This document shows, one piece after another, positions 1 through 12,359 of a stretch of 64,000 nucleotides of DNA; position 1 is the stretch's first letter; every line of letters begins with the position of its first letter. The position numbers were made by a program, and so were the translations under genes. The notes under the pieces were generated by a model. The model made no database searches and was not told the DNA's origin. It saw nothing but the letters and a program-made list of their open reading frames with translations. Source of the DNA: Patella caerulea (lineage: Eukaryota); NCBI GenBank assembly GCA_036850965.1, contig JAZGQO010000014.1, forward strand, positions 6,726,208 to 6,790,207, given 5' to 3'.

Positions 1-191
1 CAAGATATCTTCTTTATCTTCTTCTTTGGTTCATTACATTCCTAAAATTAAAGAAATTTCATTATATATTGTGTATATTACTACTATTTAATAGTTACAC
101 TAATGACTCACTATTTACAGAGTTGACTAACTTATATAAACCCTATTGTGGCATTTTCTTGTAAGGTACTTAGTTCTAATGTAATTCATTT

Positions 192-712
192 TTTATACAC
201 CCACATGGAATTGTGGTCGTATATTGTCGTCACTCTTTCTGTCAGTCTGTCTGTCGTCCACAATTTCTTTGTGAACACTCTAGAGGCTAAAGTTAATATC
301 CGATTGACTTTAAATTTAAACATAGTGTTTAAGACAAAGAAACCTATTGATTTTCGGCAATATTCATTAATTACTGCCAGAGTTATAACCCTTGATCACT
401 TTGAAAAATCTTGTGAACGCTCTAGGGGCTAAAGTTAATATCCGATTGACTTTAAATTTATATACAGTGTTTAACGTCATGAGACAAAGAAGCCTATTGA
501 TTTTCAGCGATATCTGATGATTTTGGCCAGAGTTATGGCCCTTGATTTCTGATAATTAGTTAATGGGCTATTACTCGTAATAAGATTTTCATGTGTTGTA
601 AACGTTCTCCTTACTGACAAAAGAAAAAATATGCGACAACCCTTGCTGACTGCCCAGACGACTTAGCTGTTGTACACATGTTTCATTGCCTGGTAACCTA
701 TCTTTTCTCACC
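192..712 (+). mobile_element. MITE-like composite element (family A). Head tatacacccacatggaattgtggtcgtatattgtcgtc, two internal units of about 150 bp, tail of about 150 bp ending cattgcctggtaacctatctttt
   Basis: Head, unit and tail are homologous to the other copies (4215..8760, 45241..47124, 34936..37167). Confidence 0.7.
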
Positions 713-1689
713 TCTTTATTTGTTTCAATTTCCATGGCAACTTCGGGAGATTGTATCACTTGTTTACTACTCTCCACTTTGTCTGTGTCGAAGCTAATAG
801 TGTCAAATGTTTTTTTAGAACTAATTTGTTTCGTTTTATTGGATGATGGTGATAATTTATCGATGTCATTGGTTAACTTCTCAATTTTCTCGGCTTCATT
901 CAAGTTTTTGGTAGAATTTAATTTGATCACTTTTTTGTCAAAATTGATACAAGATGGTGGAGGTTTTAATCTATTGGCTGATGGACTTCCTGAAGGTGTT
1001 ATAAGCAGAGATTCTGTTGACAGCCTTTTTCTATGAATAGAAACAATAAATATTGGTCAATAATGTGATCGTTTTCTTCTTTGACCTGTTAGTTTGTTTC
1101 AGGTTTCATAAAAAAATGGGTATATTTCATACATTTAAAGTGTTTCTTCTCGTAGTGATCTGGACAAACTCTTAAAAAGTAGAAATTTTCACAAAATAAA
1201 TTATATAATCAGATATAATATACAACCTCATCTATATTTTGAATTTTTTAATACAACCAAGAAAGATCTTACTAATCAACTATTAGGGCTTGAATACTTT
1301 TAATATAAATTTATGTTTGTAAAGAAATATAAATAAAGAATAAAGTCAATAAAGTATTACTTTTTTGGTAGGTCTTCATCAGTGGTACTGGTATTGACGA
1401 ATCTTCGCTTTTTGGCTTTCAGAATTTGCTTTTTCGTCATTTCTCGTCCACGTCGGTTTAATTTATATTTACGTTGTGGAAGAGGTAGAATATATTGATA
1501 ATATAAATTCAGTAATTCTTCTTTATCTAAAGACTGTATGTTCGTTTTTGGGATGTATCGCTTCAATAGAAAATCATAAATAAAAACTTTATAATTTCAA
1601 TTACACATAGTAAAGATGATAAAGAGAGGCTGCCAGGCAATAAAACATTTAACATGTCCCCACAAACAACTTTGTTTTCCAGAGAACAG

Positions 1690-2170
1690 GGATGGATCTA
1701 GGAATTTTGGACGGGGCGGGGGCGCAAAATGAGAGTACTGACAGCAGGGACGGGCACGCACCTAATAGTGGGATTAGCTCTAATCAAACGGAACATTGCA
1801 AGGAGTATGGTGACGTTCTAGAGGTCCGATTGACTTCACAGAATGACACACAGAGTTTGAGGTCTTGGAGTTGGACGAACAAATATATTGAGTTTCAATG
1901 AATTTTGATAACTGAACAGCTAAGTCCATGATATTAAATGTTTCGTATACTAAATGTTAGCATGCGGTAGAACTTTATAAAAACCAAACACGTTCTAATA
2001 ATGATTTTCTGATAATTACTACTAAGTGAGTTGTTACTCTTAATCAGATTTTAGTGTATTATAAATGTTTCCTAACTGAAAAAAGTAAAAGTATGCGAGA
2101 ACTCTTGTTGACTGCCCGGATAATTTAGCTGCCGTGGACGTATGTTTCGTTGCCTGGCAAACTATCTTTA
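1690..2170 (+). mobile_element. Fragment of the 410-bp MITE family (1690-1807) abutting a family-A unit and tail (1808-2170)
   Basis: 1760-1807 (agtgggattagctctaatcaaacggaacattgcaaggagtatgg) matches 46205-46258. 1880-2170 matches the tails at 8460-8760 and 46900-47124. Confidence 0.55.
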
Positions 2171-4655
2171 TTCAAACATAATAATATTGTAATATATCAA
2201 CCGGGTCACTTGATTTAGTCTGATTTGGTAACCTGATCGGCGTGCACCTTGTACAAACTGGCTCGTCTATCGACGGACAAATCAAGCAGGCCCAATGAGT
2301 TACAGACTTAAGTTAAGCTACTTAAAATAAAGTTTAAAGGAACTAACTAAAAAGATTAAGAAGGACCATCTAATCTATCTGATGGCATGGCCATCAAGGC
2401 ATCATCACGACATCATGATCATGAACTTTAGTAAACACACACACAAAATATACAATTCTCTACGCTTCCGTTCATTAAATATAATTATTTTGTTTCAAAT
2501 GTCTTTTTGCCATTGATCTTACCTGATGCAAAACCTTAATTAATGCATCGCTTGATAATAATTCTGGATACAATAAATCATAATCAGAGCTGTTGTGATC
2601 TGTGGGCGCAGCCATTTTGTTGACAATTTTTTAACGATAGAGGGCAGCAGAGTTCAGGTATACACTTTATTGTAGCGTTCATGGGCGCTTATTTGTACCA
2701 ATTAGCAATATTATCTACTATCATAGATACCTTTTAGGCCCATTTGTTTTAAACAGATTGTACATATTTAAAAGATAATACACAGCTGTAATAAAAATAA
2801 CATTAAAAAGTATCGTTTTATACATCAAATTATTATAATTTTTAATTTATGGTTTTGTATTTCTATTATTTGCACCAACGCGTACTTTAATCAAGTAAAA
2901 CCAATTGCATTGTACTCGATTAATCAGACCATATTATTATCTATGACCAGACCAGATCAACCCTATAACAACTGAGTTGACTCATGTGATATATTTAGCT
3001 TGCCATTAATTTTGTTTTTGTCAGCAAAATACTGCAATGAAGAAATTGACTGACAAAAGTGACAACTATATATATATAACTGAACAGTTTATCTGAAGGC
3101 AGACCTAAACATTTACAGCGGTTAAACTTGACAGACTAGAGGAATTCATCATTGATTCAATCAAGGAACAGGAATCCTACTACTGAAGTTCTTCTGCTCT
3201 GCTCTATTAGTATTAGTATCACTGATATATATTTTTTAAAGAGTAAGTTGTTTTTTCCTAGTTTGGATTTCTATAGTCTATGTTCAATTAAAGGGACAAT
3301 CCCGATAAGAACAGAGTCTCAAAAATTAAAGTCCGAGTATTTATAAAATTTATAGACCAAAATATAGTGGCATGGTGTATTTATCTTGTCTCAAAATTTC
3401 AGCTCAAAATATTGAGTCGTTTGGATGTGAACGTCAACACTGCTAACCCTTTTAAGATTTCGGGTCAATTTTTTCATTGGGTGACATGATAATCGATTAA
3501 TGTTTCTTGAGAGTACAGTGAATGACCCATGCCCTGTACTTGATAAAAAAAAGGTTAATTTCACCTACATATTATTTTTATATAAAAAAAGTCTGGTTTT
3601 ATCCAGGTACTGTATAATAAAACGTTCTCCATTTCAAGATGAAGACTGTCAGGTCTAAGTTATTTACAAGCGTATCACTAATTTCGGGTTAGTAGGTGGA
3701 CCTTAGGTTATGGATTTTAAAGGATTTTAACACAAAATTATGCAGTTTTATTCCCCAAAAAGTTATCGGGATTGGCACTTTAAGGTACACATATGATTTA
3801 AAAAGTCTCTGTCTTACTCAACATCATCCAAAGTCTTCCATATTTGAAAACACAAATTATTTGTCAATTTATTTTAAATCAACATGGATGTTGTGATCTT
3901 AGAGCGGGAAAAAGATGGGCGTCTGATATCAAATAAACATTTTACTATTGGTACATGTACATATTAATCGTGTACCATAATTAACATTTTGAGCTAAAGC
4001 TAAGCAGAGCTAAGCAATTTCATTGGTCAATGCTTTTGTACAAGATAATCTTAAATCAATTCTATCTGATAGAGAGGGATGAAACTTAGTCAAGTTAGTG
4101 TACAGTTTGATTGCTCAATACTTTTGAAAAAAATAAATGTGAGATTAATAATTAATATGTGTCATCTATTCATTGTGGGATTTCGGAGGGGGACACCAAC
4201 CAAACTGTTGGCTTTTTTATACGCCCACAATGAAATGTGGTCGTATATTGTCGTCGCCCCTGTCGGTCCCCCCGTCGGTCCGTCGGTCTGGCGTCCACAA
4301 TTGCTTGTGGACGCTCTACAGACTAAAGTTAATATCCGATTGACTTTAAATTTATACAAAGTGTTTAAGGTCATGAGACGAAGAAGCCTATTGTTTTTCA
4401 GCGATTTCCGATAATAACTACCAGAGTTATGGCCCTTGATCACTTCAAAAAATCTTGTGGATGCTCTAGAGGCCAAAGTTAATATCCGATTGACTTTAAA
4501 TTTATACACAGTGTTTAAGTTCATGAGACGAAGAAGCCTATTAATTTTCAGCGATTTCCGATAATTAGTGCCAGAGTTATGACCCTTGATCACTTAAACA
4601 AATCTTGTGGACGCTCTAGAGGCCAAAGTTAATATACAATTGACTTTAAATTTAT

Positions 4656-7539
4656 GGGTAATTATCTCATGGGTATGCAAAGTTGAATGTTTTTGTGTCA
4701 CTCAGGTTTTTTTCTGCTATTTTTCGTTAATCTTAAAATTTAAACATATTGTATTCAACTCATCTTTATTTTTACACTAAATTCAACAAAGAAATTAAGA
4801 TTTATTTAATATTAACATATTTTATGAGTATCAGACATAGGAGAATGAGTGCCTATGGGTATGATTTTTAATGTCACTAACACTACATGTAATTTTAAGA
4901 TTGGTCTTTCCTATACTGATTAAAAAGATAATCAATCCAATCAGGGTGAATAATCACCTACCAGGACTATTGTTAGCTATGATATACAACAGAGTCGTTG
5001 GGTGTGGTTGTATAATCCTTAAAATTCAAATTTTAAATTGTCACTCTCAAAATGCTCAACACCGTAACACTAACAGTTTTCCCGCGGTAAAAATTAACTA
5101 TAGAGGCGTGGGTGACTTCACTACGTGTCATCGGCCATCTATGTCAGTCTGGTCTGGGCCTGCTAGAAAAAAGCTCTCTCAACATCATAGATTTACAGGT
5201 AAATCCAATCAAAGTTCTAAATTTGCTTGCGTGTATTAATTCATAATCAACACCGTAACGCAGTTTTCTTTCATTTATACCCGATTGGATCAGAAACAAT
5301 GTATATATTTGAATTTAGAATGGTGTACGGATACCTGACGTACACTAACGGCGTTTCTCGCACATGCGCTCTTGGTTCAAAACATCATAAACCACGTCGT
5401 TCTCAACACCGTAACGCTCAACTCCGTAACGTTAACTTTTGTTACGGTGTTGAGAAACCGTTAGGGTATTGAGGTTTGGTTCACTAATGCTTAAATTAAA
5501 TCTTATATTATTATCAACATAATTATGTAGAACAAGATGGAGTTCCTTTAACATAACGCTATATGTTAAACAACCAATAAGCGATGATACAATCAATAAA
5601 AAATAATAATAGGGAGTCTTATAATGGACTAAAATCCACATCACAATGGCGAAAGGCTTATAGAGCAATATTCATATCTACAACAATTACATATAATTAA
5701 CACTTTCATTTCAGAATGACCCCGAGTGCTAAAGAACGGGCACAAAGATACAAAGATAAGAAAAAGGCCGAATTTCTGCCCACTAATAATTCCTTCGAAG
5801 ATCAAAAGGTGTATGAGATTGTGAGAAGATATCGGACAAATAATAATAAAAAATTGATTGCCACAAGATAAGAGAACGCGAAAGAAAAACAGAAAAAGTC
5901 TGTATTACTATGTTTTTATAAGGTATAGAAGGAATAAAAACATGGGAATGTACGAACTATTTCTATTTTCCTCGTGTTCTCTTATCTAATGACACTCAAT
6001 TACTTTATTAAATTGTCAGATATCCTCTTGCAGTCCCATAATAACAACTTTTGGTCTTCGAAGGAGTTATTAGTGAGCAGAAATTCTGCTGTGTATCTGT
6101 AATCACTCTTCACTTCTGTCAGTTATATAGAGGGATAACTCGTGTTTTCCTTTTGCGTTCGTCATTTCCCAAACATCCATTGTTCATCTATCGTAGTAAT
6201 GATCTCCATGTTAACATTAGATTTGAAATGTATTTAACCAGTTCTATCACTGACTGACACCAATATCATCCATTATCTATGATAACCTTACTTGGGCATA
6301 ATTAAAAACGCAGACGAAGACGGGGTTGAAGTGTCTACCATGCAACCCATTGGCATAAATAAACTTATCTGGCCATCTCAACTTGATAGGCCTATCACAT
6401 GGTATGAATATACCAAAGTAATAAGTCTCGTTCGTGAACCAAAACAAATCAGCACCAGGCGTGAGATTTTTTAAAATAGATAGAGAGGTTTGGGCTGAAG
6501 TTGCAAAACTATATTAAAAACAACTCAATTGATTGGTAAGATCATATCCAACAGTACATGTGTTCGTGATAAAATGTTCAATAAATTACTTGTTCTTGAA
6601 AGGTTAATATATCAAAATGGCTATCGCAAATATTTTTGACTTAAGAAGAAAACTGCTCTGTAAACATATTTGTTTTACAATGTTCAGCGTTACTGTTTGT
6701 TATAAAATGAAATCATTAAGTTCAACGCCCTACTGGGCTAATAAAGATGGCCATGCATCTATTCTTATTTGATGCTAACTGACATGGGTTCTTTTGGTGT
6801 GAAAGCCAATAAATACACGAGAACTCGGTTTTCCATCCCATCCGAATGACTTGCAAGTCACCGTGGCTCTCCTGTGTGTTATATAAACCTACCAATTTAA
6901 AAGTACCCCCTCTGGTTATTATTATTTTTTTAAAAAAATTGTTATAAGGGCATATGTTATCTCAGCACCGTCACGAAAGTCAACACCGTCACGGCAATTC
7001 AACACCGTCACAGCGGGCAAAAATCACTCATTGCTACTGTTTTTAAGTTAAGTAACCATTTTATGGGCGGGCAGAAATATTAGTTGACCAATTTGTGCTA
7101 CTCAAATCAAGAAATCAAATGCAAAATCATTTCTTTTACTGAGATAAACTAAAATACAATTACCAAAAATTGTGTGAATTGAGGCCAGTGGTACAAACTA
7201 CAAATTACAACAAAGAAATTATACCGGTACAAAATGAAATATTATTTTTGAACTGTAATCCAGGTTGTCTTTTCACACAGGTAAATGTTTTCGCGTTTTC
7301 TAGTTGATTTAACACATTTTTTTGCCTATACAATACCGTTACGGTGTTGAGATTTTGTAACGCACGATCCACTAAAAGCTAAAATTTTTGTGTTAAAATT
7401 CTAAAGACTGCATGGCAATTCATAACGTACGACGTAGAAGATACTAGTTGTTGAAATGGTGTCAAAAATATATTGGTTCGAGATGGTTCAAGAATCCGGA
7501 ACATAAATTCCATGATTGCACACTCATGAGATAATTACC
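4656..7539 (+). mobile_element. Non-autonomous DNA transposon (2884 bp) with perfect 16-bp TIRs GGGTAATTATCTCATG / CATGAGATAATTACCC and a 4-bp TSD TTAT
   Basis: It interrupts a satellite monomer between aaatTTAT and TTATacacag. The empty site is reconstructable from neighbouring monomers. It holds at least 8 copies of the 13-mer CAACACCGTAACG in both orientations (5046, 5246, 5401/5441, 6964/6981/7000, 7326). No transposase-like ORF is present. Confidence 0.75.
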
Positions 7540-7540
7540 C

Positions 7541-8460
7541 TTATACACAGTGTTTAAGGTCATGAGACGAAGAAGCCTATTGATTTTCAGCGATTTCCGA
7601 TAATAAGTGCCAGAGTTATGGCCCTTGATCACTTCAAAAAATCTTGTGGACGCTCTAGAGGCCAAAGTTAATATCCGATTTACTTTAAATTTATACACAG
7701 TGTTTAAGGTCATGAGACGAAGAATCCTATTGATTTTCAGCGATTTCCAAAAATTAGTGCCAGAGTTATGGCCCTTGATCACTTAAAAAAATCCTGCGGA
7801 CGCTCTAGAGGCCAAAGTTAATATCCGATTTACTTTAAATTTATACACAGTGTTTAAGGTCTTGAGACGAAGAATCCTATTGATTTTCAGCGATTTCCAA
7901 AAATTAGTGCCAGAGTTATGGCCCTTGATCACTTAAAAAAATCCTGCGGACGCTCTAGAGGCCAAAGTTAATATCCGATTGACTTTAAATTTATACACAG
8001 TGTCTAAGGTCATGAGACGAAGAAGCCTTTTGATTTTCAGCAATTTATGATAATTACTGCCAGAGTTATGGCCCTTGATGACTTCAAAAAATCTTGTGGA
8101 TGCTCTAGAGGCCAAAGTTAATATCCGATTGACTTCAAATTTATACATAGTGTTTACAGTCATGAGACTAAGTCATCTATCGATTTTCAGTGATTTTCAA
8201 TAATTGCTGCCAGAGTTATTGCCCTTGATCACTTCGAAAAAATCCTGTGGAAGCTCTAGAGGCCAAAGTTAATATCCGATCGACTTTAAATTAACACACA
8301 GTGTTTAGGGTCATGAGACGAAGAAGCCTATTGATTTTCAGAGATTTCAAATAATTATTGCCAGAGTTATCTCCCTTGATAACTTCAAAAAATCTTGTTA
8401 CGCTATAGAGGCCAAACTTATCATCCGATTGACTTTAGATTGATACACAGAGTTTAAGGT
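7541..8460 (+). repeat. Tandem satellite array, about 150 bp monomer x6 (inside the family-A element)
   Basis: The block cagtgtttaaggtcatgagacgaagaagcctattgattttcagcgatttcc...ctagaggccaaagttaatatccgattgactttaaatttataca recurs with a period of 150-151 bp. Confidence 0.9.
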
Positions 8461-9019
8461 GTTGAAATGAACAAGTATTTTGATTTTCAATGAATTTTGA
8501 TAACTGAACAGCTAAATCCATGATATTAAATGTTTCATGTATATACTAATTGTTAGCATGGGGTAACACTTTATAAAAAGCAATCAAATTCTAATGATTT
8601 TCTGATAATTACATAATGAGCTGTTACTCTTAATCAGTTTTTAGTGTATTACAAATGTTTCATTAGCAAAAAAAGCAAAAATATGTGACAACCCTTGTTG
8701 ACTGCCCGGACGATTTAGCTGCTGTGGGCGTATGTTTCGTTGCCTGGCAACCTATCTTTAATATAATAATTTGTTATAATATTTTATTCAACTTATTTAT
8801 ATAGCGCCAGATCATGTCTGAAATAGCTGCTCTATGGCACTTTTGCAATATATTTGAAAGTAAGAATCTAAAGTAAAAAAAAAAAAAACAAACAAAAAAA
8901 CCCAATAACATATAAAAGACATGTGAAAGCATTTAGAGAAATTTAAAAAAATGTTAAAAAAATGTTAAGAGGAAAGCAAACTAATAATCAATTAAATGAG
9001 CTTTAATAAATAATTCTAT

Positions 9020-9330
9020 TATAAAGGAACTAAATCGCTCACATTAATCTAGAAATTGACACAAGTGGGTCGCAACGCATATAGGCTATTACTGTAATAT
9101 GAATGTATACAAACTGATTTACATTCACCGGCTTCCGTTTTCACTCTAATTTCAAATCAGTTATGCTTTGCGAAATAAGCCAACAGTCTCAATCGAATGC
9201 AAATTTCTAGCATCTGGTTATTCCAGTCTACATACGCAGTTTGATTTGGTGCAATGTTTCTAGTCTCGTTCCTGGCGTCTCTTGCTAGAACTGGGACTGA
9301 AACGCATTATGGTGTAAGCTTACACGATTC
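9020..9330 (+). repeat. Dispersed repeat family D (ctagaaattgacacaagtgggtcgcaac...tcaatcgaatgcaaatttctag). Copies also at 32450-32690 and 44035-44110
   Basis: Three copies with about 85-90 percent identity over shared segments. Unclassified SINE or MITE. Confidence 0.6.
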
Positions 9331-9820
9331 GTGTACCAATGGTACACTGTTTATTTTGTCTTAAATATTGGATATCAGAAGCCCACCTTTTTCAGGTAAG
9401 ATCACAGCATCAATTTTGATTTAAATTGATAAATAATTTGTGTTTTCAATGTTGAAAATTTTGGATGATATTGAGTTAGAGACTTAGTAAAAATACTAAA
9501 GCTTGAACTAATTTTTGTGGTGAGGGACAAATCATTCCAAAGTTTAAGAGCTTCCACTGAGATAGACTGTTCGTCAAATAGAGATCTGGATTTTGGAATG
9601 TTAAGTAGGTGTTAATTTATGGAATATAGTTGACACGAGGGTGCTTACTTTGTTAAAAGATCAAATAGAGATCCAGGACAACATATATAGAACCTTCATT
9701 GATTATGCAGTTTGATTTCCTTGTGTTATTTTCAATTATCTATTAAGATGTTTATAAAGAATTTGTTTTATTTTTACAGATTTAATCCCCCCCCCCTCAA
9801 AAATCAGTACAAAATTTATA

Positions 9821-10148
9821 ATGCCAATATTTGATGGAATTCAGATTGCTTTGGATTTGAATTTCAATGTGGGATTCAAAAAGAAAACGGAAATAAAAAA
9901 GGCAGTGACTAACCATGGTGGAATTATTTCTTATATTGTTACGAGGAAGAGCAACTATGTAGTGGTTAGTGATACTGAAAAAATCGACATTTCCTCAAAG
10001 TGTAGAAATGCTATAAAGTATGGTATCCCCATTGTTTCATTGGAATTTATCTGGGAATCAATTGAAACTGGTAAAGTACTCAACCCAGAAAAGTTTATTG
10101 TTGGTAGAAAAAGCAAAGATGAAGACTTTAAGAGTGGAAAGATTTCTT
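9821..10148 (+). CDS. PARP4: PARP4-like exon 1 with start codon; BRCT domain
   Basis: ORF track 9821..10207 begins MPIFDGIQ.... IPIVSLEFIWESIETGKVL resembles the human PARP4 BRCT region (HIANPDFIWKSIREKRLL, recalled from memory). Donor GTAAGT at 10149. Exon ends in phase 1. Confidence 0.8.
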
Positions 10149-10775
10149 GTAAGTCTTGTACTATCATTTGTACTATTATAAATAGCTATTATAAATGTAT
10201 AGCCTGATAAGAGCAAACATGCTTACACACCCATACTTTGGGCAGGAGAAGCTGTTGTTGTGGCATTAGTGCACATGACTACTAAAAGGGTAGGGAGCCA
10301 CCATGGTCCATTGAGCAGCTCACTAGGCGAGTCTGGGTAATTCTACTGATAGAAATTGCTACATCATATTCATATGGTCTAAGAACTCGGATGGTATTCT
10401 CCCCAGAATCCAATGAAATCTCAACTTAAAACCTTGCCAGGGTGACTTTTAGAAGACATCATGCATTACATACCAGGCTATTACTGTTAGTGACCCTGAA
10501 TCTGTGCAATTAATGATGCAATTAGTAATTATCCTTTCACGTGTTTAACATGATATTCTGATTCCTACGGAACTAGCTATGTTTACAAAATGATAACTCT
10601 TTTTATGTTTCAACCTGTCACTCATTCTTTTAGTGCCTATGAAACAGGACTTCAACACAATGTGTGAATCTAATAATCATTAAATGATATATCATTAATA
10701 CAATGCGATTAAATTAAAGAGTAAAAATTCTACCAGTATTTGTAAAATTTTAATTTCAATGGGTTTATTTTCTAG

Positions 10776-10918
10776 CCGCATCTACAAGTCTAAATAAGGA
10801 GAAAAAGAAAAGAAAGATATTCAATATTTCTGGCAGTAAAGTCTGGAAATATAAAGATATTGATTCACCCACTTTTGATGAGGAGTCATATGAAGTTGCC
10901 AAATACTCAGCATTTTTG
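10776..10918 (+). CDS. PARP4: PARP4-like exon 2
   Basis: Acceptor ttttctAG, donor GTAAGA. Encodes ...DSPTFDEESYEVAKYSAFL, resembling human DFEVAKYNTLEK. Phase 1 in, phase 0 out, consistent with the flanking exons. Confidence 0.65.
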
Positions 10919-11145
10919 GTAAGAATTTATTACTTCTGAAACGAAGATACAGAGTTGGAAAAAGTATTTGAATCTGGTAATGTACTTCCAGAAACGTTTT
11001 TGGAGACCGTTTCATTTCAAATTTTGTAAGCTGTGAAATAAGTATAGAACTCTAGATAAAATTCAAGTTATCGTGATTTACCAATAAAATTTAATATTCT
11101 TCCAAGTTCCATTACAACAGTTAAAGCTGAGCTCTCCATATACAG

Positions 11146-12172
11146 GTACAGTAGAATCTGCATTAAGCAGCCACCCATGGGAATTTTTACGATTGGCCGC
11201 TTAACGGGAGTGGCCTCTTAATAAAATCTTGTGTTTTTTTGTGCTGACATCAATTAGTATTGCGCTTGGGTACACTTGCATCGGTAAATTTGGCCGTCGC
11301 TGAATCTCGGACGTAACTTCCGTAAACTTGTCAGTTTGTCCCAACCTTCAATACTACTGTCTATCATTGTGATGCATTCGATAATATTTATCCATTTTTG
11401 TAAAATCCCATGCTTTTTTTGTGCTGACATCAATTAATATACGCTAGAATGCATTGGAAGCAAGCACCAATACTTCACTTGCATCGGTAAATTTGGCCGT
11501 CGCTGGATCTCGGACATAACTTCTGTAAACTTGTCATTTTGTACCAACCTTCAATACTACAGTCTATTATTGTGATGTATTCGATAATATTTATACATTT
11601 TTGTGAAGAAAATCAGTGAATTAATTTTATGTTATCAAAAATAAGCACATGAACCAAAAAACATCGCTGATTTTGCTACCGATTCACAGGGGGTGTAACT
11701 CTGTATGTAATATTATAGGTGGCACTAAAACGTATATTTAACAACATAGCGGCTTTTAGTCGGTACTTTCAGTTTATTCAATCGGTATCAAATAATGTTC
11801 CGTTAAGTGTGAAAACAATGATCAGGTTAGTCGTTTAATAAAACAAAAGATTAATTAACAGATAATCCTGGGTTAATTGTTATTTTCACATTTCTTTTTA
11901 CGTGATCAATGGGAGTCCAGTTAATTGATTACTACTCACGAGATTAGCCGGGGTGTTACGAAGAACGACAAGATGGTATCATTCAACAATGGCCGTTGAA
12001 TGGGCGATGTTTTGTTAAATTTATTAGCAAAATAGTGACCGCTGGCCACGTTAGAGGAGTGGCCGTTGAATAAAGAGATGAAACAATAGAATTTTTACGG
12101 GGGGAATTTATTGTGACCGCTTACAAGGATATGTCGCTGAATAGGAGTGGCTGCTCAAACGGATTCTACTGT
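11146..12172 (+). mobile_element. MITE of about 1 kb in PARP4 intron 2, with TIRs ACAGTAGAATCTGCATTAAGCAGCCAC / GTGGCTGCTCAAACGGATTCTACTGT and subterminal GGAGTGGCC repeats
   Basis: Inverted termini at 11148-11175 and 12143-12170. The GGAGTGGCC(G/T) motif occurs 5 times. An internal tandem duplication of about 190 bp lies at 11237-11620. Confidence 0.6.
11237..11620 (+). repeat. Tandem duplication, 2 units of about 190 bp (tttttttgtgctgacatcaatta...gcatcggtaaatttggccgtcgctg.atctcggac)
   Basis: Two adjacent copies with about 90 percent identity. Confidence 0.8.
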
Positions 12173-12359
12173 AGGTAAATAATCAGAAACCAATAGCTAT
12201 CATAAAGAAGGCATTTTTTATAAGCTGGGTTCATTTTTTTATTCCTAGCATTTGTAATTGGCTAATCCACATTACACACATGTTCATCAACAGATAAATA
12301 AATACCAGTACTTCTACATATATTTATATAATTTATGACTTTAAATCAATTTGTTTCAG

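Larger units (their letters stand above)
4215..8760 (+). mobile_element. Family-A MITE with an internal satellite of about 150 bp (about 9 monomers), split by a nested 2.9 kb TIR element at 4656-7539
   Basis: Head at 4215 (tatacgcccacaatgaaatgtggtcgtatattgtcgtcgcccc). Monomer starts at 7541, 7692, 7842, 7992, 8142 and about 8293 (period 150-151). Tail 8460-8760 ending ggcgtatgtttcgttgcctggcaacctatcttta. Confidence 0.8.

Noticed and set aside
686-1036. ORF 686..1036 (+) and its overlapping antisense ORF 589..930 (-)
   Set aside because: Both overlap the tail of a family-A MITE (to about 712) and are mutually antisense. Only the minus-strand part at 713-930 might be genuine (noted in findings with low confidence).
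4162-8163. Minus-strand ORFs 4162..4593, 7462..7782 and 7933..8163 (MIKGHNSGTNYRKSLKINRLLRLM...)
   Set aside because: They lie entirely within the 150-bp satellite monomers. Their repetitive peptide simply reflects the tandem DNA repeat. There are no splice signals or homology.
7541-8460. Regularly spaced direct repeats that could superficially resemble a CRISPR array (also 35500-36900 and 40480-41640)
   Set aside because: The monomers are 150-330 bp with no unique spacers. The context is eukaryotic (spliceosomal introns, SINEs). These are satellite arrays inside MITEs.
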